Shown here: piece by piece, positions 1 through 12,579 of the stretch | How the letters are laid out: each line of letters opens with the position of its first letter | How positions within the stretch are numbered: the first letter of the stretch is position 1 | Source of the DNA: Mustelus asterias | Lineage: Eukaryota | Assembly: GCF_964213995.1 (NCBI RefSeq) | Contig: NW_027590623.1 | Location: forward strand, 124,001-188,000 | Direction of reading: 5' to 3' | DNA: 64,000 nt | Notes under the pieces: generated by a model | What the model was told of the DNA's origin: nothing | What the model saw: the letters and a program-made list of their open reading frames with translations, nothing else | Database searches by the model: none | Made by a program: the position numbers and the translations under genes

Positions 1-25
1 ATCATAGCGGCAACTTTCTTAACTG
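1..25 (+). pseudogene. 3' end of a TCR V leader exon cut by the window edge; no V exon follows
   Basis: ATC ATA GCG GCA ACT TTC TTA ACT G|gtaac (IIAATFLT) resembles the leaders at 3517, 22057, 42586 and 44717. The intron start resembles 3569-3680, then runs into a repeat tail. Confidence 0.55.
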
Positions 26-284
26 GTAACTTCCCAAGTTGCACAATGCCCAGCATGCTCGAGATACTGAGATAAAACATCTTCCCTTTTAATTGTTTTT
101 CCTCGATTGGTAATGTATTCAGTTACCCTGATCACATTTATTCCCCAACAAAGGCGATGATAAAACGCTGGGCCGAATGGCTTCCTTCTGTAGGGGTTCT
201 ATGATTCTATGATTCTCTGATCTCCATGTGTGTAAATCTTTGCCGTTGGCCTTGTGTGAACCTGCTTCCGATATGCGGCTGTGC

Positions 285-303
285 TGTCCACAGGAGGGCG
301 CTC
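285..303 (+). promoter_or_regulatory. CTCF-like motif in V promoter region
   Basis: TGTCCACAGGAGGGCGCTC; paralogous motif at 38062-38080 in the same position relative to the sister V. Confidence 0.5.
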
Positions 304-491
304 TCTGATCACTTATAAAAAGATCACCATCCTCTTCTAAAGGAAGTATCTGTTTGAAGGTGTAAAAATGGACGGAGAGAGGGAGTCACCTTCGACCTCA
401 TAACATCCCCCTGATTGTTTCAACTTCTCCAATTGCAGGTCTGATGCAGACAGACATCAGTCTCTCCGTTTCTGGTGTTCAGACTCGAACC

Positions 492-945
492 ATGAGGGTG
501 AAACTCTGTGACTCCGGTTATTGTCCTGATTACAGGTCTGTCATTTTGAACTTCTGCGTGAAATCCTCAATCACCATATTCATTCCTCATTTCCATCTGG
601 AGGCGTTACTCCTTCTAACCCGCTGCGTGTCTGTTTTCTATTTTCAGAGATGAGTAACGGAGACTCAGTGCCGCAGTCAGAACCAGGAGAGGGTGAAGAT
701 TCAGCAATGCCCTGCAGTTACTCGGTATCGAGTTCAGCTGTACAACATGACCTGTTCTGGTATCGCCAGTATACACTCCGAGCTCCTCAGTATCTGCTCA
801 GAGCCGCGAGTTATTTGTTTACCGAGACGGCTCCTGGACTTGAACACTTGAACGGGAATCTCAACCTGAAACAAAGCACTTTTCACTTGTCTATGAAAGA
901 TTAGAAGGTGACAGACAGCGCCGTGTATTACTGTGCACTGAGACC
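492..945 (+). pseudogene. TCR alpha/delta V pseudogene (paralog of 38280-38750)
   Basis: V exon from 648 has Cys, WYRQ and DSAVYYCALRP, but also an in-frame TAG at 902-904, a 12-bp deletion in FR1 and no in-frame leader ATG. RSS 946-984 has a damaged heptamer CAGAGTG, 23-bp spacer, ATAAAAACT. Confidence 0.9.
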
Positions 946-1649
946 CAGAGTGAATGAGGCTCCCGCTGGCCTCATATAAAAACTGGCGCAGGTCGAAAAT
1001 CAATGGTTCATTGTCAGGACAACACATGGGGTTAAAAATCAGAGAAAATGTACCCATAGTACGTGACAATACAGCCCCATCTGAGTGTTTTCGCTCACTG
1101 AGGTAAATGATTGTCACTGTTGGAAAATTTGGCATATATTTACTTGTTTATACCAGATCAATTCCAATCATTCCTCGATACCATTCACACAAATCCGCAG
1201 ATCTACCAGGTGAACAACGTCATCAATCTATCCTTTAAATGTTCCAGATCAGTTAACTGTCTGCACCTTTCAAAAGTGATCAAATATCTAAAGGCAGGTT
1301 TAGAGTTGTCACATGTTGAAGTTGCTGGGTTAAAAATATTGACTGACTGAAATCAGTGCTTTCCCAGTGGAACCGCATCTCAATGCGGAGTTGGGTAATT
1401 ACGTTTTCCCGGTGTACTTAGAACGGTGTCTATTAATTATCCTCATACCCTGGACACTAATTACCTGTGCATCAGACAGATTTCAAATTATCTGTTCCAT
1501 TTTTCACCTTGATTGAAAAGATCTACCTAAAGAAATATACCGACATTGAGTTGGAAAGAAAGCTAGTTAAACAGAGAAAGAGACCGAATGACTGAGAATG
1601 TGACAGAGAGCAAGAGGGTGAGAAAGACGCACTCAGCCTGGGCTACAAT

Positions 1650-1810
1650 TTGATTGGAGAAAGCCAGCTGCACTTCGTCGTCAGCAAACAGTGATTGGTC
1701 CAAAGCTAACGTCATCTCAGGGAGGCTCGCCAATCACAAAACTGAGAAACGCCCCCCAGTTTCCCAATAATTGCAGTTGCCTCTGATCTGAGTTGACTCT
1801 GTGATATAAA
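1650..1810 (+). promoter_or_regulatory. V-gene promoter (CCAAT boxes, CRE-like site, TATA)
   Basis: ATTGG at ~1653 and ~1694, AACGTCA ~1708, CCAAT ~1730, TATAAA 1805-1810, all upstream of the leader ATG at 1867. A SINE-interrupted copy lies at 40210-40693. Confidence 0.6.
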
Positions 1811-1866
1811 CTAGAAGCAGCAACATCGTTTAAACAGTGTCGCTGCTTACTGTCCAATCAGGAACC

Positions 1867-2302
1867 ATGTGTTCCCTGTGTGCTTTACTGATAATAATGG
1901 TCATGCTGCCCGGTGAGTCTGAGCTCAAATCCCCAGTGTGCATGGGTGATATTTACTCACAGATTTCTCACACATTCTATATGTTGTTACAGGAACCAAT
2001 GGCCAAGATTCAGTTTTCCAGGACCTGCTCGAATTAACGGTCCAGGAAGGACAGACGGTAATATTGAACTGCAACTACACAACAAAATACACGACTGGCG
2101 AGACTCTCTTCTGGTACATTCAATATCCCAGGGAAGCTCCGAGATATTTACTGAAAAAATACAGCACGGGGAAGGGAGAAAGGTCTGCAGATTTCCCTGA
2201 CAAGTTCTCTGCTGATTTAGATCAAGACAAGAAAGCAGTTCCTTTAACAATCACCAGTGTCCGTGTCTCTGACTGTGCCGTGTATCACTGTGCGCTGAGC
2301 CC
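1867..2302 (+). CDS. TCR alpha/delta V segment, open (L 1867-1912, V 1993-2302)
   Basis: Leader MCSLCALLIIMVMLP with GT/AG phase-1 intron; QDSVFQ...LNC...FWYIQYP...DCAVYHCALSP. RSS: CACACTG 2303-2309, 23 bp, ACAAAAATC 2333-2341. Confidence 0.9.
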
Positions 2303-2504
2303 CACACTGTTACAGAGGCACAGTCAACCCGTACAAAAATCAGCAAAGGCACTCTCACCTCCTATTACTGAATCAGGTCTGTGACCTGGATTGTGAACTC
2401 TTAATATAAACAAAACAACATTATAAAGAACAGTTAATGCGAACGCTCTCTTTCTGTGGCGCTGAACGTATGCTATTTGATGGGAAAGTCCTCTTGACAG
2501 AAGT

Positions 2505-2895
2505 TTTCACAGTGCAGAAGGAGGCCATTCGGCCCATCGAGTCTGCACAGACCACAATCCCACCCAGACCCTATCCCCATAATTCCATGCATTTACCCTA
2601 CCCCACCCCCCTGACAATAAGAGGCAATTTATCATGGCCAATCATGGTCAATCATGGCCTGGGTGGGATTGTGGTCGGTGCAGACTCGATGGGCCGAACG
2701 GCCTCCTTCTGCACTGTAGGGTTTCTATGATTCTATGAATCCACCTAACCCGCACATCTTTGGACTGTGGGAGGAAACCGGAGCACCCGGAGTACACCCA
2801 CGCAGACACGGAGAATATGTGCAAACTCCACACTGACAGTGACCCAAGCCAGGAATCGATCCCGGGTCCTTGGCACTGTGAGGTAGCAGCGCTAA
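2505..2895 (-). mobile_element. V-SINE (HE1-like) with an oppositely oriented tail fragment at ~2655-2735
   Basis: tRNA-like head, central core GTGTGGAGTTTGCAC...CTCCCACAGTCCAAAGATG, and LINE-like tail. Confidence 0.85.
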
Positions 2896-3299
2896 CCACT
2901 GTGCCACAGTGCCTCCCCGTTTACGCGCAATTCCCTAAGTGGAAAAATCAGGGTCTGGTATCAAAGTTTTGACCAATATCCATCATTGTTCTATCTCAAA
3001 GATTAACTCCTTAAAAGCACCAACATTCGTTTTAACGCACTCTCTGCGCCATGGAGAGCGGTCGTTATTCGGTCGTTGAATTTCTTCGAGGCAGTTGATG
3101 GATGCATGGATATTCAGGGAAATAAGGGATATGAGGTTGTGCAGGAAGCTGGTTGTGAAGTAAATCAACAATGGTCTTACTGAACGGCGGTAGCGGGCAC
3201 TAATGAAGGATCAAATGGTCCACTCCAGCTCCGGGTTCCCTCTTCTCTGATGTCCTTCTGTCCAGTTCATAGTTCTGAAAACAGACTCAAATGGTTCCG

Positions 3300-3430
3300 T
3301 GCTCCTCCCCATGACGTCATGGATTGGAGAACAACGTCACTCTGAGCTGATTGGATTAAATATAGGACAATGGATGATTGGGTGTCTCCTGCTGGCTCTG
3401 TCAGGAATGAGCCAATCACCAGTGTGGCCG
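3300..3430 (+). promoter_or_regulatory. V promoter with CRE and CCAAT boxes
   Basis: TGACGTCA 3312-3319, ATTGG ~3323 and ~3350, CCAAT ~3411. Confidence 0.6.
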
Positions 3431-3516
3431 GATATTACTCAAAATCTTCTGAACTTTGAACTGAAACAATTGAGCTTGAACTCGCTGAGTTCAGATCCAG
3501 CACCAGCTCTGTGAAC

Positions 3517-3805
3517 ATTGCGGCTTTGCTTCTTTACTCATTCCTCACAACTGCAGGTCTCTCAACTGGTAAGCCCCGAAGTTGCACAGTTCGCGGGCGA
3601 TACTGACACAGCGATCTTCCCTTTAACATTGTTTCCTTTATTTGCAATTATTTAATTACCCTGATCACATTGTTTCTAGTAAAGTGCAAAGGACAAAGCG
3701 AAAGCTCTTATTTCTATTTTTGCAGGTATCAGTGGTGCAGTTTCTATCTCTCATGAGACGGTTGTTGCAACAAGGATTGAAGCAGGATCGCTGACGATTA
3801 ATTAA
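3517..3805 (+). pseudogene. Dead V gene: leader with ATG>ATT (3517-3568) plus truncated V exon start (3726-3805)
   Basis: 52-bp leader exon (IAALLLYSFLTTAGLST G|gtaag), acceptor AG 3724-3725, then GISGAVSISHETVVATRIEAGSLTIN* with a stop where Cys23 is expected. Confidence 0.65.
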
Positions 3806-3821
3806 AATTTAATTAAGTGAT

Positions 3822-4160
3822 ATGATAGTCCTCCGGGTTTATAGATTCTCTTTGCTGTTTCTCACTCTGATCTGCACCGCGATGACTGTTGAACAAGAGT
3901 TGCTGCAGCTCCCTCAGTGGATGGAAGTTAGTGAAGAGGGAATCGTAACCATGAATTGTACCAGCGCCAGTGTGATGAACATGGTGCATTGGTACAGACA
4001 GTTCCCAAATCAACCACCTCAACATCTGGTGATGGCCATAAGAGAAACCAATCAACACGAGAGGATCACTGCCACAGTCGGGGGAGACAACAAACTCAGT
4101 GTCCTGACTGTGAGAGACACGCAGCTGACAGACACTGCCGCCTATTCCTGCGCCGTGAGG
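3822..4160 (+). CDS. TCR V segment with leader and V in a single exon
   Basis: MIVLRVYRFSLLFLTLICTA runs without intron into ...TMNC...HWYRQFP...DTAAYSCAVR. RSS: CACAGTG 4161-4167, 23 bp, ACAGAAACC 4191-4199. Confidence 0.88.
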
Positions 4161-4925
4161 CACAGTGTAACAAATACATGGAGAGCTCGTACAGAAACCT
4201 ACACCGAGTAGCAACTGAGCTCTACTGTGTTTGGGGAATCGGGTTTTAAGTGGCGTGGTAATAATAAGGGCTGGGGGATTGTGCACGAAAGCAAGTGCAT
4301 CTCACAGAGGAAGAACTAAAGCGGAACAGAAATGAAGAAATGTGGAAACAAACACAGAGAAATAAAAAGCAAACAGATAAAGGCACAGAGGGAAAATGCA
4401 ATAATGATAACGAGCAAAGAACAAAACATTCGTGAACGATGGAAAAAGAAATGAAATAAAGTGTAAAATAACCAGCGTCAGACACAGAGGTTAAAAATTA
4501 GGGCAAGTTATAAATGAAAATAATCCCAAATAAAGTTGTATTTAATTGTTTTATCAAAATTCATACTTCGTTTATAGTTAGGCAGTTAAATTTTCTGATA
4601 AAGTTTCCTAAGAACTGGTTCTTGGATATTGCTGCATTGAAAAATTAACAATTTCCTCAACGTTCTGATGCTGCAAAATTCTTTAAAATTCCTAGATGCT
4701 GGAATGTTCTTGCCTGCTACTTGGGAAATGTGTTCATTTTCGGCAAACTGTGTCTAAACCAGCAACATACCGTGACCATATCAACTGGGGCCCAGAAGCG
4801 GAGAGTGGAGATGAAGGGAGGGTTATACATTAATTCAGGGTTTTCACAGTAACATCATTGCAGTGTTAACGTAAGCCTACTTGTGACACTGATAAATCAA
4901 CTTTAAACATAAACTTCTATTTGAT

Positions 4926-5405
4926 AGCGCTGGAAAGAGTGCAGAGGAGATTTACCAGGATGCTGCCTGGTTTGGAGGGTAGTCTTATGAGGAAAGGTTG
5001 AGGGAGCTCGGGCTGTTCTCTCTGGAGCGGAGGAGGCTGAGGGGAGACTTAATAGAGGTTTATAAAATGATGAAGGGGATAGACAGAGTGAACGTTCAAA
5101 GACTATTTCCTCGGGTGGATGGAGCTATTACAAGGGGGCATAACTATAGGGTTAGTGGTGGGAGATATAGGAAGGATATCAGAGGTAGGTTCTTTACGCA
5201 GAGAGTGGTTGGGGTGTGGAATGGACTGCCTGCTGTGATAGTGGAGTCAGACACTTTAGGAACATTTAAGCGGTTATTGGATAGGCACATGGAGCACACC
5301 AGGATGGTAGGGAGTGGGATAGCTTGATCTTGGTTTCAGATAAAGCTCGGCACAACATCGTGGGCCGAAGGGCCTATTCTGTGCTGTACTGTTCTATGTT
5401 CTATG
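4926..5405 (+). mobile_element. CR1-type LINE 3' fragment
   Basis: ORF2 C-terminus (LGLFSLERRRLRGDLIEVYK...FFTQRVV..WN.LP) plus (TTCTATG)n tail; near-identical copy at 16755-17103. Confidence 0.85.
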
Positions 5406-5504
5406 ATAGATATGTGGAAATATCATGAAAAGACAAAATGGGAGTGAGCCCATCATACAATGATTTCTGAAATTGATTTTCAATGTAGATGTTACTTTTC
5501 ATTG

Positions 5505-5735
5505 TTAATCAGTCACAAGTAAGGCACTGCAATGATGTTACTGCGCAATTGCCTTAGTCGCCACATTCCGGTGCCTGTGCGGGTCAATGTACCTAACAGC
5601 ATGTCGTTCAGAATGTGGGACGAAACCCACGCAGACACGGGAAGAATGTGGAAACTCCACACAGACAGTGAACCAAACCTGGGCCCCTGGCACTACGAGG
5701 CAGCAGTGCCACCCACCGTGCCGCCGTGCCACCCA
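5505..5735 (-). mobile_element. V-SINE, degenerate
   Basis: Same head and core as the other SINE copies. Confidence 0.7.
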
Positions 5736-5881
5736 CGTGCTAGTTATGTTAGTTAGAAACAACTAACATAATTCCTCAGTTGCTGCTCCTCCTCCTGTTG
5801 GTGTTGTGTTTTGTGTTGGTATTTTATTGATGGCTCTGTGACCCTCACGGGATGAGTAATTGTTCCTGATTAGCACAGGAA

Positions 5882-5900
5882 GCGCGCCCTCCGCTGGTCA
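5882..5900 (-). promoter_or_regulatory. RSS-adjacent CTCF-like motif
   Basis: TGACCAGCGGAGGGCGCGC, 22 bp past the nonamer of the 5965-6228 pseudogene. Confidence 0.6.
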
Positions 5901-5964
5901 CTAACTGGAACTCCCAGTCTGCAGTTCTTGTCCGGAATCCGCTCGATCTCTGCAGCAGAGTGTG

Positions 5965-6228
5965 GGCGGCAGAGCAGATAAATGCGGGGCGCTCTCGGAG
6001 AAAAGCACCCCAGCGATATTTAAAGGAACCATTTTGCTTTTGTTCAAACCAACAGGGAATCAGTCCAGAAAACTTGAGAAGTGCGTTTCCGTGCTGTATA
6101 ACGTCAACAGACACTTTGAGCCTTCCCCGGCAGACTGGGGTGTACCAGAACCGTGTTCGACCAGCTGTCGAGTAACTGCAATCCAGTGTTACTGTCTGTC
6201 CTTCCTGAACCCTAAATTCAGAAGTACC
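5965..6228 (-). pseudogene. TCR V pseudogene (29636/46568 family)
   Basis: VQEGQTVTLDCSYST...FWY, then a frameshift. VPLNIA is retained, the second Cys is lost and no leader is present. Degenerate RSS 5923-5964 with ~26-bp spacer. Confidence 0.8.
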
Positions 6229-7419
6229 TGGGGTAGTTTATCTTTGCTATTGTTTCCTGCAACAAAATATAGTATTGATTAAATGTCTGGTAGAGAACGC
6301 TGGGAACGGGCAGTGGCGATTTAAACACAGAATCATTGGACAGCAAGATGAACAGTATTAGTAAAGAACACCGGGACAACTTGCTTCCTATTGTAGAGAT
6401 AGTTACACTTCTCGGGGCTAAATGGGTCAAATGATATCGTGGAAAAGAAAGAACATAATGAACATAATGAGGATGGAGTAGGTTCAAAGGGCTGAAAGAC
6501 CTCCTCATGCTCCTATTTTCTATGTTTCTATTGGACACTGAATCATAGTCATTCATTCCTGTAACACAAATACGGAATGCTTCAGGGACTAGATGTAACC
6601 CCTGGATGTCACACTGACCAGTTAAAAATATACTTGCAGCGAGAAAATGCTGCCTGCTTTCGTATTGGACAGAAAGTAATAAAACGCTCCAATTGTGTTG
6701 AATGCTGCTGTCTGACAGAGTCCCACCCACTTTGCAATCTGGCTTCACTTATTGAGAACTGGCGTTTTATCCAGGAACAGGATTGGCTTCTCTGCTCGAA
6801 CTGCTGATTATTACCCACCAATAAACGAGAGCTGCAGACATTTTTTTCTGATTCGTGATCTTTCTCTCGGTGACTTTTCTGCTCTCTCGTTCTCGTTGTC
6901 ACGGTCTCTGTCTTTATGACGAGACAGCCATTCATTTAGGAAATTTCCTCACCGCTTTCAAATGGTTGGCAGCGAATACAAATAATTCAGAGCGGCGAAT
7001 ATATTTTTACCAATTCAAAAAACATGCCGTTACTCGAAACCGCCACCAGGCGGCGTGACCATTATTGCGGTGTTTTCACATTGACGCCCAACAGTCAATA
7101 AATATCCTTTCTGTTTCATTCAACAAACCGTGGTGACCAGAGACCATGAGGATGACACGGCACATATAAATTGACGAGTAAGGTATAGAAAGAGAAACTG
7201 AATAAGCGTTTAAAGATGAAGGAGCAAGAGGATGTGTAGGTTGCTGTGCAGAGAATGAGGATGGAGATCAATGATGTTAATCTGCACCTACAACCCCGTT
7301 AAATTCTGTTGTAGACGGAACAAAGTGGCAATATGTGCACGTTGTCAAAATAGAAACGCTTCCTTCCTGTCAGTGCGTCAAAAAGCTAACCTTCCATTAA
7401 TAAGTACTCTTACATCATC

Positions 7420-9720
7420 GAAAGTTAAATAACGCAGTTGTCCAGCTCCATCCATGTGTTCCCAAAAAGCAGAATTTTTATGGTTTCTTTTCAAGGGTCC
7501 CGAAGCTTCTGTAATAATTTGTTAATCAGAGGGCGACAAGTGAACTTCCTCAGTTACAAAAGTGGGTCTTACTCTTCCTCCTCAACAACGATGCACGTTT
7601 GTCCTGATGGGAGTCGTGAATTTAGTTTCAACGGAAGATGGTGTTAATATCTTTTTTCATGCTTTTTTTTCTTTAGTGTATCCCCCCTGTCACCACTAGA
7701 TGGAGCTTTGCTCTTAAAAAATGTCATCTTCTCAAACCGACTGCTAATCTCAGACTTTTCTGATCCTGAGGTCTCATTTGATTCTGATGATGAGTTTATT
7801 TCGTCAGAATTAATTTCAGTTTCAGAATTTTAAGCTTCCTTTTTAGTTTTATGTTGAATTGTTCTCTGTTTGTTGTTTTCCTGATCTGTATTTTGAAGAT
7901 CCTATTCTTTTTCCCCAGCCTCTTTTACTGATCGATTCCTTGACGAAGTGGCCAAAATGATTCCAGCCATCGCTGATTTTTGTTTAATTTGCTGATTCCA
8001 CCAATCTTTTTGAATCTCATCTGATGCACCAGGGTTATAGCCCTGGCTAATCATTTTCTTGATTAATTTACCGTTTTCATTGGCAAAGGTTTTAATTATG
8101 AAACCAGCAATTCCCCATTCCGGATTATTCCCTTCTGCCATTTTATATATGAAAATTGCTTTATTTTTTAAAAGAAAAATTATTTAAGAGAACTGACTTA
8201 TTTTCTGCTGTAACTTTTTACAGTTTCTCCAATGTTAAACTACCGTATAACTCTTAATCTCTATTTCTTTTTAAGTTGTATCTTCAACATTCTTCAAATT
8301 ATTCGTCTTTTGACGACCATTTATTTCTCCAACATTTTTAAATGGTCTTTTTTAACTAATAAGAGCGCGGTTTTTATTACACTGCTGTCTCAACGAAACT
8401 AACTCCCTTTACCTTAGTTTCTTGTTTTATGCGCCCTTCACTATTTCTATACTATCGGCGCGCCCTTTTCTGAACCTGCTGTAGGTGGGTAAATTGCTAT
8501 CCCTCTCCCCACTTTTGCGCCGAGACTCTTTAATAACTCTATACAATCAGCGCGCCCTTTTCGGAACCTGCTGTAGGTGGGTAAGTTGCTATTCCTCCCC
8601 CCACTTTTGCGCCAATAAACCTCTTTTAAAAAATGCCTTTGTGACCCACAAGGGGTCCGGATGTCTAACGGATCCGGTGACTCAGAGTGCCTCCCCTCTA
8701 CTAAAAAAGGTGAGCAATATAATGTGTGTACTCACCGTTCCAGGGAAATTTTTCATTCTATCATCGGCTCCAAGATCATCCCGTATCGTTGCCAAATTGA
8801 TGTGGGAAATTCTTCCAAGGTGGCCTGATTGATTTAAAGACTCGACCTTTTTACTAATATTTTACTTTCACAAAGGCAATGAAAAATGTATTCAATTCAA
8901 GGAAAATCTTCAATTTAACAATTTTTATTAAGACATTGAAATGTCTGAATAACAAGTTAATGTTAAGAAATGAATACAAACATACAATTAAAACAAGACA
9001 AAGAAGAACAACTTAACATTAAGAAATTAATACAAACATACAATTGAAATAAGACAAATCTCATTTTGGCCCAAAATGGGAGTCCTAGGTTCCACCTACA
9101 CAGCTAATGCGCCAGCAGGCTTTTCACAAAGATCTCAAATTTCATGCCAAAAAAGTAGAAGAGTTTTACGTTTTTATCAGATTAATCTGCCAACACTTAA
9201 TTAACAGTAAATTTATTCATTCACTGAGCTGTCAATCTACTGATGACATGTCTTTCAATCAATAATTCTCTGACACCTTCCAATATCACTTCAGTTATTA
9301 GTCAGTCTGTTTTTACAGACGTTCCCTCCCAAAAAATAGCTCCTTATGATTCATCATTTTCTCTCAATTTAAACCGGTTCTATTGAAGGCACCTTTAACT
9401 ATTGGATTTATTTTCCCCGGTTTGGATATGCATTGGTAATTTTCATTGTTGCATTATTTGTGCCTGACTTGTGTTGATATTTTTCATGAATACATCTTCT
9501 ATTTTATTGGTATTTTACAAATTCATTTCTCAACAAGCCGAATCTCATTTCTTAGAGAACATTATTAATATATTACTTAAATATTTCGCATTATTTCTCA
9601 AGCCATATATTAATACATTGGCTGCTAATTATCTTTAAATTGGGGGTATAAAATTAAACAGAATTCTCAACTACAAATTCAGTTCTTCTAACTTTTTTTT
9701 CCTCTCTGATGTTGACCTGC
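7420..9720 (-). mobile_element. Degenerate LTR retroelement/ERV 5' portion (LTR, PBS, leader, gag remnant); outer limits approximate
   Basis: On the minus strand: LTR end ...CA at 8799-8798, PBS-like TGGCAACGATACGGGAT 8794-8778, donor GGTGAGT ~8750, leader direct repeats ~8458-8610, stop-interrupted ORF from 8141 (MAEGNNPEWG...), AATAAA ~8925. The LTR terminus resembles that of the solo LTR at 56167. Confidence 0.6.
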
Positions 9721-10220
9721 TGTCTGACTTCATAGAATCATAGAATCCCTACAGTGCAGAAGGAGGCCATTTGGCCCATCGAGCCTCCACCGACCATAAT
9801 CCCACCCAGGTCCTGTCCTATCACCGTAACCCCACATATTTAATCTCCTAATCCCCCTACATGTGTCCCTCCATTCACACAAGAACTATTCAGTCTGCAC
9901 AGCAGCTTCAGTCTCATTCCCCCAGTTTGTTTTCCACCCTTTATCACTCCAATTCTTCTCCCACATACTTCACATCCTAACATTACAATACAAACTTGAT
10001 AATCTCTCCAATTTGACATTTGTTCAGGGGTACAGACAGCAGATAAATTATCATTACACTCCCAACCTGGGCTATGGTGATACATTTACACATGATCTCA
10101 TTTCACAATAAAACCCACACACCGGTTTTAAGTTTGCTTCCGTTATTGCTGTTGTGCCCCGCAGGTTGATTAAAGTGACATTGACATCAACACTTTATGG
10201 TCTCTGTCTCTCTCTGCGTT

Positions 10221-10460
10221 NNNNNNNNNNNNNNNNNNNNNNNNNNNNNNNNNNNNNNNNNNNNNNNNNNNNNNNNNNNNNNNNNNNNNNNNNNNNNNNN
10301 NNNNNNNNNNNNNNNNNNNNNNNNNNNNNNNNNNNNNNNNNNNNNNNNNNNNNNNNNNNNNNNNNNNNNNNNNNNNNNNNNNNNNNNNNNNNNNNNNNNN
10401 NNNNNNNNNNNNNNNNNNNNNNNNNNNNNNNNNNNNNNNNNNNNNNNNNNNNNNNNNNNN
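10221..10460. other. Assembly gap (240 N)
   Basis: Run of N. Confidence 1.
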
Positions 10461-10571
10461 NATGTTTTTGGTTTTATTTTATTTGATTTATTATTGTCAC
10501 ATGTATTAGTATACAAAGAAAAGTATTGTTTCTTGCGCGCTATACAGACAAAGCATACATTTCATAGAGAA

Positions 10572-10690
10572 CAGTAAGAAGTCTCACAACGCCAGTTTCA
10601 AGTCGAACATGTTTATTTGGAATCACGAGCTTTCGGAGCGCTGCTCCTTCATTAGGTGAGTGGAGAAGTAGGTTTTACAAACACAGCATT
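10572..10690 (-). mobile_element. Penelope-like terminal fragment with mutated hammerhead motif
   Basis: Similar to 32453-32560 and 42866-43020; minus strand reads TCAC-CTAATGA-AGGAGCAGCGCTCC-GAAA-GCTC-GTGA. Confidence 0.6.
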
Positions 10691-10899
10691 ACACGTACAT
10701 GGAGAAAGAAAGGAGCGAGTGCAGAATGTAATGATACAGTCATAGCTAGGATGGAGAGAAAGATCAATTTAATTAAAACATTGTTATAGAGTTCAAAAGA
10801 GTTAGAATATCGTTTTAAAAGCATAGACCAAGAGTAAAAGATAGCATTAGAGAGATGATGGGCACAGCTTGCAACAAGGTCCGACGCCATCTTGATTTT

Positions 10900-11845
10900 T
10901 TTGGTTTGTCTCTGTGTTTATCTGAGGGTGTGTGTGTGTGTTTGTTGTCTGAGTGTTTATGTCTATGTCTCCGTGTGTGCGACTTTGCTTGTGTCTATTT
11001 GTCTGCAATCGTGTGACTGTTTCTGCCTGAGGCTGTGTGTGTGTGGGTGTGTGCCTGTGTATGTTTGCTTGTCTGGTCATGTGTGTATATGTGTGTGTGT
11101 GTTATGCTGAAAGTGTGTGTCTGTGAGTTTGCGAGTTTGCCTATGTTGTTTGACTGAGATCATGTGTGTGCCCATATTTGACTGTGTGCATGTGTTGCTG
11201 TGTGCGTGACTGTGTTTGCCTGAGTGTTTGTGTGTGTGTGTTTGTGCGTGTGTGTTTTTCTGTGATTGTATGTATGTCTGAGTGTTTGACTGAGACTTGT
11301 GTCTAAATGTGTGTGTTTTGTCTGAGAGTTTGTGCTCATCTGTGTGCTTGCATCAGAGTGAATTTGTATGCATATGCGTGTTCGTTTGATAGGACATCTG
11401 TGTGTGGGTCTGTTTCTGTATGTTTGTCAGCGTGTGTGTGTGTGTGTGTCTGTGTGCATGCATGTCTGAGAGCATATGTTTTCTTTGTGTGTTTGTCTGA
11501 GTTTTTCTCTCTATATGTCTATGTTCACGAGTTTGCTTGTGTGTTTGCCTGTGTGTGTGCTTATGACTGTGTGTTTGTCTGTGAGTGCATGTGTATGCCT
11601 GTGTTTTTCTGAGAGTGTGTGTCTGTGTGTTTGCAAGATTTCCTGTGTCTGTTCGTCTGAGAAATGTGTGCCTGTATTTGCCTGACTGTGTTTGCGTGTG
11701 TGTTTGTCTGTATTTGTCTGAATGCGTGTGTGTGTTTGTGTCTGTGTGGTTGTCACACACACACTGTCTCTCACGCAGTCGCTCTCTCTCTCGCACACAC
11801 TCTCTCTCTCGCACACACTCTCTCTCTCGCACACACTCTCTCTCC
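10900..11845. repeat. Degenerate (TG)n low-complexity tract ending in (TC)/(CA) repeats
   Basis: Direct inspection. Confidence 0.9.
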
Positions 11846-12510
11846 TGATAGAATTCTACAAGATTATGAGGGGCATGGACAGAGTGGATAGTCAGAAGCT
11901 TTTTACCAGGGTGGAAGATTCAAAATCTAGGGGGCATAGGTTTAAGGTGTGAGGGGCAAGGTTTAAAGGAGATGTACAAGGCAAGTTTTTTTACACAGAG
12001 GGTGGTGGGTGCCTGGAACTCGCTGCCGGGGGAGGTCGTGGAAGCAGATACGATAGTGAGTTTTACGGAACGTCTGGACAAATACATGAATAGGATGGGA
12101 ATAGAGGGATATGGTCCCCGGAAGGGTAGGGGGTTTTAGTTCAGTCGGGCAGCATGGTTGGTGCAGGCTTGGAGGGCCGAAGGGCCTGTTCCTGTGCTGT
12201 AATTCTCTTTGTTCTTTGATAAGCTCGTCAACATCTTTTCCAAAAGGGAGGGGAGTCTAAAACTAGAAGACATAGGTTTAAGGTGAGAGGGGAGAGGGTC
12301 CAGAGGGCAATTCTTTTCACACATAGGGTGGTGAGGGATTGGAACAAGCTGCCAGAGGTCGTAGTAGAAGCGGACACAATTTTATATTTTAAAAAGCATT
12401 TAGACAGTTATTCTGGTAAGATTGGTATGGAGGGATTTGGGCCAAAAGCAAGGCATTTGATACGAGCTTAATGGTAAAAACTGGGTGGCAGGGAAAAGTT
12501 GGGCCAAAGG
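11846..12510 (+). mobile_element. Two CR1-type LINE 3' fragments
   Basis: IEFYKIMRGMDRVD...RGHRFKV and FTHRVV..WN.LP motifs. Confidence 0.75.
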
Positions 12511-12579
12511 GCCCATTTGTATCTGAGCTCTGTTTTCTGCCCGGAAACCATTTCTCAATCCATCCCAGTATTTTCCAAA

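Noticed and set aside
10847-11952. Cys/Val- or His/Thr-rich ORFs, also at 60970-61639 and 63112-63734
   Set aside because: Translations of microsatellites.
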